A DNA stretch of 58,431 nucleotides, taken from positions 1-58,431 of the IMG/VR virus record IMGVR_UViG_3300035665_000039; one strand, written 5' to 3'. Positions 21,834 to 32,000 of the stretch are shown here, in pieces (the first letter of the stretch is position 1; the number at the start of each line of letters is the position of its first letter). A model generated the notes under the pieces. It saw only the letters and a program-made list of their open reading frames with translations, was not told where the DNA came from and did no database searches. The stretch is from a virus. The translations under genes were made by a program, and so were the position numbers.

Positions 21834-22138
21834 TGAGCGGCCCTACGACTACATCTAACGCCGGAACTATCCCCAGTTTCCAGGGGCCAGAAATAAAATA
21901 TGTACCGCTTGAGATCAAGAAAGACCAAGGGCCGATCTCAGACCCTTGGAAGCACCGATCCGCGGGCATGCGCTGCCAGTCGTGCATGTGGTACGTCCCC
22001 AAGGAGGGCGCCCCGGTCTCCACCGAAAAGGGGTCGTTCGGGCGCTGCCGCAGGCACGCACCCACGATGGGCGGGTTTCCGGCCGTCTTCGGCATGGACT
22101 GGTGCGGCGACCACCGACTGGACGAGGCCAAGCTATGA
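21833..22138 (+). CDS. hypothetical Cys/His-rich protein (101 aa)
   Basis: TGATG overlap. Contains RCQSCMWYVPK...GRCRRHAP...DWCGDH. Confidence 0.6.
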   Translation: MSGPTTTSNAGTIPSFQGPEIKYVPLEIKKDQGPISDPWKHRSAGMRCQSCMWYVPKEGAPVSTEKGSFGRCRRHAPTMGGFPAVFGMDWCGDHRLDEAKL

Positions 22139-22446
22139 GCCGCACCGTCTACACCGTCGCGAACGTCTTGCACTCGCTGATGATCCTCAAGGAGAAGATC
22201 CCGCCGACGAAGTGGGTCGACACCCCGCTACCCGTCATTGCCGGACCTGGTTGGTGGTTCGAGGAGGTGCGTCAGGAGATGGGCGTCGAGGAGGGTTTCG
22301 AGCCCGGTGAGATCCATGGCTGCCCGATCGTCCGCAACGACGAGCTCAAGGAGCCGTGCCTCATTGACCACGATGGGAAGGTTTACCCCATCTTCCCGCA
22401 GTGGATGCGGACCGAGGCGGCAGATACCGAAGGGGGTGAAGCATGA
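22135..22446 (+). CDS. hypothetical protein (103 aa)
   Basis: ATGA overlap. Confidence 0.6.
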   Translation: MSRTVYTVANVLHSLMILKEKIPPTKWVDTPLPVIAGPGWWFEEVRQEMGVEEGFEPGEIHGCPIVRNDELKEPCLIDHDGKVYPIFPQWMRTEAADTEGGEA

Positions 22447-22628
22447 AGGCAGTCGTCACATTCGAAGACGAGGGCGACCAGGTCAAGATCTCGGTCGACT
22501 TCGGGGAGCAAGGCGCCCAGGAAACGAGCGCAGCGCATCAGGGCGCGGTGATGTCCATCCACCTGTTCCAGCAACACGTCAAGATCATGGGAGGGCTGGG
22601 CGATGGGCAGCAACTTCCTACGCACTAA
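22443..22628 (+). CDS. hypothetical protein (61 aa)
   Basis: ATGA overlap. Confidence 0.5.
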   Translation: MKAVVTFEDEGDQVKISVDFGEQGAQETSAAHQGAVMSIHLFQQHVKIMGGLGDGQQLPTH

Positions 22629-23052
22629 GCGCTGGCTACAGAACTGCGGCAAGGAGCCGAGCCCGGAGAATCTGTCGGTCCAGATCGGCTGCCACATCGA
22701 GGAGATGTGCGAATTCTTGCGAACGCTTGAATGCGTCGACATGCTAGCCAGCAAGGATTTGCGTAATGCTATCCACGACCTCGAGTACATCGGCTCGCTC
22801 GCCAAGTCCCGAACCAAGATGATCGTGTTCAAGGAAGGCGCCAGGGAGGCCGCATTGGACGCGCTGTGCGACGCAGACGTCACGGGTAATGGTGTGGCTT
22901 ATCTGGCCGGCATGAACAAAGCCTTGGCCGATCTGATGGTTCTCAAAGCCAACGACGAAAAGCTGGTCGATGGCAAGCCAGTGATATTGCCGGGAGGCAA
23001 GATCGGCAAGCCCGAGGGCTGGAAGCCCCCGGACCTGTCGCCCTACGTCTAG
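22603..23052 (+). CDS. MazG-like nucleoside triphosphate pyrophosphohydrolase (149 aa)
   Basis: Has an EExxE motif (HIEEMCEF), DALCDADV, and the C-terminal ANDEKL..GKP....GKIGKPEGWKPPDL typical of phage MazG-like proteins. Confidence 0.6.
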   Translation: MGSNFLRTKRWLQNCGKEPSPENLSVQIGCHIEEMCEFLRTLECVDMLASKDLRNAIHDLEYIGSLAKSRTKMIVFKEGAREAALDALCDADVTGNGVAYLAGMNKALADLMVLKANDEKLVDGKPVILPGGKIGKPEGWKPPDLSPYV

Positions 23053-26000
23053 GGTTTGCGGGGTGCCTCAAGGCTCTTGAGGTATTCCCGGTTCACCTCG
23101 GTGGCCATCTGGTCACGCGCGACCAAGATCTTGCGGCGCTCGAGCGTCTTCTGAGCCTCGGTCATCTTCTCGTCCCGAATCACCTGAATCTCAGCCTTGC
23201 GCATCTGCGAGATCGCATTGTCGTAGGCGTCGGCCAGTGAGGCCAGGCCAAGCAGTCGCTTCTCGTCGTCGGTCAGCTTGGGCTCGAGTCCGACGCGCGC
23301 CTGCTGCTTGACCTCATCGACCACCTTGCCGATCTCGCGGCTACGTTCGCCTGCGCTGCGGATGTTGGCAGCCTCGTCTACCTCGCCATAGAACTTGTTC
23401 AGCACGGGGATCTTGGCCGCCTTGATGTCCTTGTCGTCGCCTGTCATGGCAAGAATCGAGGAGCCCATCTGCTCGATGAACGAACCCAGGCCGCCCGTCG
23501 TTGCGCTGATCAGGGTCTGGATGGTTCCAGGCGTGACCGAGGTCTCCACGCCTGCGATGCTGCCAGGCTTGGCCTCGTTGCCGCCGCCGAGTCGGTTGAG
23601 CGCAGCGGCAATTTTTGCCGGCACCGTTCCCTGCGAGCTCGTGAACATGCGCTCGGAGTCGGGCTTCGTGTCGAACGGCGAGCGCTCGGGCGAAGACCTC
23701 GTGCCGAAGGTGTTGCGCTCGGACACGAGCTGGATCGGCAGGTCAGCGATCGTGGGCATCGCGGCCAGCAAGACCTGGACGCCATCGGTAGGATCGAACG
23801 ATCCGCCGAACGGGTTGATCGAGCCAAACACGACCGAGGTCATGTGCAGCGCTGCCTTGGTGGGTGTCAGGCCGCGCCGCGGGTCTTCTTGGTTGCGGAC
23901 GCTATCAGCAATGACATACCCCAGGTTCGGAAAGATGTTGAATCCGAACTGAACCGGGATCGTGAAGTAACGACCGCGCTTGCCCACGCGCTGGATACCG
24001 TCGGCCAGGGGTTCGCCGGGCGGCAGCATGATGACCATGTTGCGCTCTTTGACGTAGCCGGGGATCTTGTCCCAGTAGGCTTCGCCGTCGTCGTCCTCGC
24101 CCCCTGCAGAAGCCCCGTAGAAGGCCAGCATGGCGCCGATACCGGCCACCCCTGCCATAGCCCCAGCCACAGCCGGCGAGCGCAGCACGCGCGCGAATTG
24201 GGCCGTTCCTTGGACCGCTGCGTTGTAGAAGAGGTACAGGTTGTTGAGCGCCCCACCCCACTCACCCTTGCGGTTGAAGTTGGTCGTGCCGTTCTTGGCG
24301 AGCAGAGCTGCCTGCACGCGGGTCCTGCCGCTTTGCTTGGCCGCGGAGTAGAGCGCGAACCGGGTTGCATTCTCGGACGCGGCACCCAGGAACTCGAGCG
24401 CCTTGAGCGTGAGCCTGGCCAGCTTGTAGGTGCGGGCTGCCTTGATGCGCTCGATCGCGCCGCGGGGCTTGGCGCCAGCGGCAAGCATCTCGTTGCGCAG
24501 GTCCTTCTCGATGTCCTCGAGGCCGCGGATATAAAAGCCGCCCGTGATCCCGCCAGCGTTGCGGAACTCCTGGTAGAGCTGACTGGTCTGGGCGCCGAGC
24601 TCGGACTTCGAAGACTGCACAAGCGCTGCGCCGTAAGAGGCCAGGTACCGGGCAAGACCTTTGGGGCCGAGCTCCGCAAGCGCAGCAGTTGTACCCGACC
24701 ACAGCGCGTCGCGCGGAATGTTGATTGCTGCGAAGGCTGGGTTGTACCGGGTGAGCATGTTGCGCATCCAGTTGTTCCACCAGCCCGACATGGCCACGAC
24801 GGCACGCTCGAATCCGCTCGTCTCGTCCTTCCATGCCTGACGCAAAGCGCGCGCAAGATCCGGGTCAGCAAGCTTGATATAGACCTGCTGGCCACCGACC
24901 TTGACGCCGATCGTGTCGTCGCCCTTTTCGATCTGCCTGGTGTACTGCACAAGGCCGGTCGCCTTGTTGAATGCCGGCTTGGTGCGCTCGACGTCCACGT
25001 CCCACAGGTCGGGATCGGGGTTCGACAGCACGAAGTCCAGCAGCACCTTGCCGACGTCGTTCTTCTCGACGCGCATCACCACGCGCTCGTAGTCGCGGAT
25101 CACGTTCTCGATCAGATCGGACGCACGCGAGCGGCGGCCCATGGCGCGGATCGTTTCCTTGCCGCGGATGTTGACCCCGCGGCCAACGCCTGGACGCATG
25201 CGTCCTTCGTCGTCCACGTTCTCGAGGCCGCGCAGCGGGATGTAGTTCTGGTACGCACCATCGAGCGCGGTGAACTCGTCCTGCGTGATCAGACCTTCAG
25301 CGAGCATGATCTGGCGAGTGGTCGAAGCAATCGTCATCAGGTCGCGATGAAGCTCTTCGTACTGCTGCGCCTTGGGTCCAGACTGGACCTGCTGCAGGAT
25401 CGTGTTCGCGTCAGCAGTCTTCATGCCAGAGCCGCCGTCAGGCATGCGCTGGTTGATGCTGGCGATGTAGTCGTTACGCTCCTCGGCGTGCTTAGCGTAG
25501 GCATAGAGCGCGAGCTCATCGAGGTCGATGTCGTAGCTCACCGCCTTGTCGATCATGGGCTGCACGATCTGCGACTTGAAGTCGTCCATCGCAGCCTGGA
25601 TGCGGCCCGGCATGAGCGTGTTCGCGTCGTAGAAGTTTTGGGCTTCGGTGACAGTACCGCCCTGCTCCCTGACCGCATCGATCACGCGCTTCATGCGCAG
25701 CGCGTCGTCTTGCAGAGCGCGCCTTGCGTCGTCGGTCATCGATGGTGCGGGCAGACGGAAGCGACCGCCGATCACGCTCAGGCGTTGACGACGGTTGCTT
25801 GCTGTAATGTCCGGGTCTTTAGGGTCGAACGTGCCGCGGTTTCCACTGGCGGATTTGATCTGGGTGCTGTCAAAAGCAACGATGACTTGCTTGACGCCGT
25901 TCTCATCAACAGCGATCAGCCCGTCCACGGACCCGTCGGTCATTGCCCTGTCAAGTGCGTCAGCGCTGTATTCAGAAAAGGAAATGACTCGCGGGTTTTT

Positions 26001-29000
26001 CATACTGACAAACACGGGCATGACGTTGCCGCCATCGCCTGTTGCCATGGCGTTGGCATAGCTTTTGGATTCGCTTGCAAAGTAGGCGTCGCCAAACTTT
26101 TGACTCGGCCGGAACTCATTGAAGTCGTTGTTTGTCCCGTGATAAACCACCAGCGGCTTACCTTCTGCATCCACTACCTTGCTGTCGCCGAACCAGCGCT
26201 TGAACGCTGGCGTCTCAGTCTGCGCACGGTTGCTGAATGCAGGCGTATCGGCCAGACCTTGGGGCGAGGATTCGGCCCGGTAGTTATCGCCAATCCAGCG
26301 CATCAAGTCCATGTCGCTCTTGACCTTGCGATCAGCAATCATGGAGCGCAGTTTCGGCGCCACGGCAGGCCACGGCGTGAAGAACTTATTGAACGGACGA
26401 CCAGCCTGTGATAACATCTGTGATGTGGATGCGCTGGGTGGAGTTACCGGGACAGGCCCGGAACGTTGAGATCCAGATTCATCCACCACCCCAACATCCG
26501 GTCGACCTGTCAGTGCAGGCTTGGCCAGCGCCAGATCCACATAGCGAGCGGCGCCCTCGTTGATCCTCCGAAGAATCGTGTCCGCGTTGCGATCGCCTGG
26601 ATCGACAATGCGGCGCTGGTACGCCGAGTTGATGTACGCGTTGCTGCGCGAATTCGAATCGGCCACCGTGATCGGAACGAAGATCGCGCCAATGTCACCC
26701 GTCATGGGTAGCACGAGCTCCTTCTCGTTTGGCGACTGCCTGCTCTGCAGAACAAGCGCCGGGCGATACAGGCCACGGACAAACTGCTCAGGCGTGATGC
26801 TGGCGAACTCCTCGGCGTGCTTGTCGACAAACACCTTGCGGATGATGCTCGGTGCGATCTGCAGGTCCTGGGTGCTGGCGCCGAGCATGTTCATCACATG
26901 CGGCAAACGACCCAAGACGACGGGCTCGGGGTTCAAGCCGTAAGACGGATCGGCGCGCAGTCGATTGATCGCACGCGTGAGCGCCCTGGCGCCGTTGCGG
27001 ATGTCCGCCTCGAGCGCGCTTTGTGGCGAAACCTTGGGTAGCCTGCGGCGCTCGCTTGCGGCGATACTGTCCTCTTCGTCAAGCTTGCGGGCGAGCTCGT
27101 CCTTGTACATCGGTGCGGTCGATGACCAGACCGGGCTGTCTTCGAACTGGGCGTAGACCTCCGGCATCATGGCCTTGATCATCCGCGACCACTCGGTGCC
27201 GTCCATGCGGCCCGCAGGCAGCGAACGGTTGGCCGCAATCTTCTCGGCGTCGCTGAGCACACGCTCAGCAGGCGGCACAATGTCGTCCGTACGCATGCGA
27301 GTCTGGCTTCCGAGCTGCTGGACGCCGACCATGTGTTTCCCCAGCAGGACTGCGACGCCCGAGGGACCTGCGTCGCGGGTCATGTAGCCATCGAACCCGG
27401 CATTCATGACCGCAAGCTCGAAGGCATTCGCGCCGCGGTTGTTGCGCGCCAGGCGCTGGCTGTCCGCACCCATGTCGTACAGGTTCTGCAGCCGGACGCG
27501 GTGTGCAAAACCGCCGACGCCGGCCTCTGGGTTGATGCCGGTACCGCGGTCGAGGTAGAAATAGACACGCTGCTTCAGCCGCGGGTCTGAGCCTTCCAAA
27601 CGGGCCATCTCGGCACCCTTGAGACCGGTGCCGTAGGCAGTGCTGAGTAGTGTGGTGCGGGACTGTCGGCTGTAGTGGTAGCCAACTGCAGAGGTGGCGC
27701 CCTCTCGGGGGGCACCATACTCAGGGATTACTCCCCGAACTTCCTCTTCAGAGCTTCTTCCAACGCCTGCTGCGCTGGTTGCATCGGATCGGTTGCTGAA
27801 CTCGATTCCTTCGGCTCGGAGCTCTTGCTCGAGGGCTGCGGTCGCTTCTGACCGAAGATCACGAGCCCGTTGCCGAAGTACCGCTCTGCTTCCTCGTCCG
27901 TCATTGGTCGAACTGGCATAGTCGTACTCCTGTTTGCTTGGGAATGCCGCGAATACTTCACGGGTCAGAACACTATAAGCTTTGTTAAGTTTTTGGTCAA
28001 CAAGAATCGCAAGCTCGCTCGTCGGAACGTCCGAGAAGTTGAGCACCGTCATGCCGCCGTTCGCGTACGACTGGCCGCCAATCGGCTTCTCGCCGTTGAC
28101 TTCGATCTCGCGAAGCTGGTTGTAGATCACCTCGATCTCCTGGGGTGTCTTGTCGCCCACCTGGATCACGAGCGCGGTGTTCTTGTCGCCGCCTTTGAAC
28201 TCTTTTGGCGAGACCACGACCATCGAGTCCTGGGCGAGCACGAAGCCGAGCATCTTGGAGATCTCGACCGGATCGCCCTTGTTCAGCAATAGCGCAAACG
28301 AGGGGTTCGTGTCGTCCAGATAACTGCCGACCTGCTCTGCCAGGATGCCGTCGGTATTGAACTCGGCGAGCACCCGCGGCACGATAGTCCGCGCAACGCG
28401 ATCGCTGATCGCAAGACGCTGCGCAGGATCCAGTGATCGCCAGGTCTCGGTGAGGGCGGCGTTGTTCGGGTCTGGAGCGACCTCGAAAACAACGGCGCGA
28501 CGCTTGGGGTCTAGTCTTTCTTGGGCGAGCTGGGTGCGCTCGTATCGGTCGCGGATGAATCGCTCCCGCTCCCCAGTTTCGAGCGGGCCAGATCTCCCAG
28601 CTTCTTGACCAGCGCTTTGCGATCCTTGTCCGACATCTGCTGCATTCGTTTGTCGAATGCTTCTTGATCCAGATTCGGCTGCTGTGCGGAGTCGTTGTTC
28701 ATCGTATCCCTCTTGCTTGAGAACCTTCTCGGTTGCGCCTGCGTAGTCCTGGCTGGTCACGCTGAGCTTGACGCCCATCGCCTTGTAGAGCTCCTGCTCA
28801 GGGTACCAAATGAGTGCCTGCATGGCAGCCGGCGGGATCCGCTGGCCGTAAGCCTTCTCGACCTGAGCCACTGCCTTGCGCACGACTTCGCGCAGCAGGC
28901 GACGCTCGCCACCGCTGGCGGGTACGTCCCTCGGCTTGTCGAGCGACTGCACCATCGTGTCCGAAGCGAGCACGAGCTGCGACTTCTTGCGGGTGCCAGC

Positions 29001-32000
29001 GTCGAATTCGGCGCGGTTGTTCTTGAAGTCTTTCTCGTGGGCCTTGCCGACTTGGCGAGCGAGCTCGATCGCAGCATCCTGATCTTCTCGGGCGCGTGCC
29101 ACGAGCTCTGCATCGAACTGATCGGCGTACACGCCATCGGTGCCAGTCTGATCGAGGGCGCCGCGCAGGCGCGAGAGTTGCGCTGAGAACTTCTCAGCAT
29201 CGAATGCGCGCAGGCTACCGGTCAACCGGCCGATGGTCCGCATGAACCACATGTCCATGGTGACCGGCTCGAAGTTGCCGTTCAGGTTGGAGTAGAAGCC
29301 GAATCCGATCTTCGGACCGAAGACAGACGACCCGAGCACCATCTCATCGATCAGCTCGCCGCCAGGCTCGAAGCCCGCACGGTTGAGCTCACCGATCGTG
29401 AAAGGAGTCACGAGGAACTGACGGAACAAGTCAATGCCCATCTCATCGATGAGCGCGTTGGCCAGCTTGAAGTTGCCGACCATGACCGATGCCGAGTCGC
29501 CCTCGCCCACCTCCGGGTACTTGCCGGTCTTGCGGTAGGTGTCGTACTGACGCATCGTGAACTTGAGATTGTTCTCGACGTTCAGGCCTTGCGAGGTGAT
29601 CGCCATCGCGAGGCGGAAGATCATTTGAGCGTTGCGGTCGCTCTGCAGCTCGGGGTACTTGACCGCGGCCATCGCAAGCGTGCGGGCAATCGTCTCGTCG
29701 TACCACTCGAGCGCATTGCCCGCGGAGCGGATCGCGGCCAGCGTCTCGGCTGCCATCAGCTTGGCGACGGTGTCCTGGTCCTCGGGGTTGGCGATGTCCA
29801 GCAGTCGCAGGCCAGAAGCGCGGCGACGGTCCTCGAGGAACTTGACGACCTCCGGGATGCCGCCCTTGAGCGGTGCCACGAAGGCGCGATCCTTGGGTTC
29901 GCCGGTCTGGTACTCGAGGGAGGTGGAAGCGAGCTCAGCGTCGCTGAGGCCTAGCTTCTTCTTGATCGCGGAGGCGATCTTCTTGTCGACCTTGGGCTCC
30001 TTCTCGAGCACCTCAATGACCTTGTCTGCATCATCGGAGCGGAAGGTGATGCGGTCGCCATCAACCTTGAATGGCTTGGCGACATCGCGCGCCAGGAAGC
30101 GGATGCGGTCGGCATCCTTGGTAAAGACAATGCGACCCTTTTCGTCCTTGGTGAACTTGTACCTGCCGGCGCTGCTGCTTACGGCGTCTCTTTGCCCGAC
30201 AGATCCGCTCCGTCCTTGAGCGCTTCCTGGAAGGCCTTGTCCATCTTCTGCCGCCAGAGCTTCGCCTCGAGCTGCTCCTGCGGCGTCAGGGAATCCTTCG
30301 ATGGTTGCTTGGTAGATGGCGTCGTCGATACGGCCGGCTTGGTATTCGGTTTCGGTTGCATTGAGTAGTCTCTCCTTCAGTCCAGATTTTATCACAGGCG
30401 TGATACTTTGGAGCGGCAAAAGCGCCGCCTTGCCCGGACCGCGCGAGTTGTCGATCGCATAGAGGGCGAAGTTGGGGTTGTCACCGAATTCATCCTGTAG
30501 CTTTCGCACTACTTCGCTCGAGCCCGCATGGCCTTTGACCAAAGCATCGAGCGGAACAGCGCGGCGCGTCTTCATGGCGCGCGTCAGCACGCCATTGACC
30601 AGCGCCTCCTCGGGTTCGCGGTAGATGTATGCGATGACCACACGCTGGCCGCGGTCGAGTACGCGTTGGACGTTGCGCCTTGCTTTGTCGTAGCTCGAGA
30701 GGGTGCCATCCAGGATCGTATGAACGCTGTCCTGCACCTTGCTGAGAAGCGTATCGGCAGAGGACTTGCCGGCCCCGCCGCCGCCGGCCATGAAGAGCAC
30801 GCTCGACTTGCGCGGTGCAGCATCGACGCGAGCTTCGAACATGCGCTGGGTCATGTTGCTGGCCGCATCGTGAACCTCGGCAGCCCGAGTCTTGTCGGCG
30901 CGGTAATCGGGCGAGAGCTCGCGGACCAGGTCGGTGTCGATCAGCTTGCCGTCTTGAGCGCCAGGCAGTGCGCTGTACTCAGCAACCGCGGCGTCGAAGT
31001 CGCCGTCAATCCTGGCCTGCAGCTTGTCGTTGATGTTGCCGCCAGCCTTGTTGCTGAACATGAAGTCGGCTTTGTCGCCGTAGACCGGATTCTTGGCCAG
31101 GACCAATGGGCCGATCTGGATGACTTCGTCAGCGGAGATCACGGGCTCCATGGTTGAGCGATCGTAGAAGTACGAGTGCCGCTCGGGGTCCATGCCGACC
31201 TGTACCCAGTCCTTGGACTTGAGCGCCTGGTCGGCTTTCATCTTGGCTTCGGCCGAGCTCGTAGGCTTCCAGTCGCCCATGATGGTGGCGATCGTGCCTT
31301 TGTTTGCGCCTGCGGCGATCTTGGCTGCAGACTTCTCGAGCATGCCGAACCTGACATTGGTTACTGAGGCAACCGGCTCGTAGCCGATCACCGTGCCTGC
31401 ACCGAAGGACTTGCCATCGGGGCGATGCACGCTGACAACCCAGGCGCCGTGCTCGGAGTAAGACGGAATATCGAGGCGCAGTTGAGCAGCCTCGCCGAGC
31501 TTGAATACCTGGCTTGGCAGACCGAACTTGGCGGCCTTTTCTGCCGACTGCCCGCGGCCATTGGCAAGCGCGAACTTGGCAGCCTCGGGGGTAACCGGAT
31601 CCGGCACCGTTTCGTAGGGTTCGACGGGCTTGTACTCGTTGACCAGCCGGTCGTAGTCCTGCTTGGTGATCTCACCAGCCTGCAGCGCTCGCATGCCTTC
31701 CTGTAGCTCGGGCGTGCGCTTGATGACGTCCTTGAAATCCATCCCGATACGCGAGCGCGAAGACTCGGCGACGTCGGTCGCGACGTCGGGCTTGAGGCCC
31801 TGCGCCTTCATGGCTTCGGCGTACGCGTCGGTAAGAAGACTGCGAGCTCGCTCGACGTCCTTGATGTACTTGGACACGAACTCGTCGCCGTACTCCTTCT
31901 TGGCGCCGGTCACGATCTGAGTAAGTTTGCTCAGGATGACCTTGGCCACCTCGGCAAACTCCTTGTTGCCCATCTTCGTGCGCAGCTCTTCCCAGAAGTC

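Noticed and set aside
23510-24952. Same-strand alternative-frame ORFs inside the giant gene (23510-23827, 23867-24952, 23905-24261, 24262-24834; also 28283-28492, 28757-29200, 29443-29706, 30584-30823, 31388-31675, 32027-32287).
   Set aside because: Their products are Arg/Ser/Pro/Ala-rich junk with no SD-ATG. They lie over well-formed domains of the giant protein, unlike the four linker ORFs I retained.
23844-26411. An 855-aa plus-strand ORF, and other long ORFs antisense to well-supported genes (for example 1460-2425 +, 14180-14980 -, 16440-17342 -, 52300-53478 +, 54827-55837 +, 56033-57199 +, 57442-58218 +).
   Set aside because: These are shadow ORFs typical of GC-rich DNA. Their composition is V/L/A/R/H/D/G-rich, they have no SD-ATG context, and they lie opposite genes with clear family motifs and operon packing.
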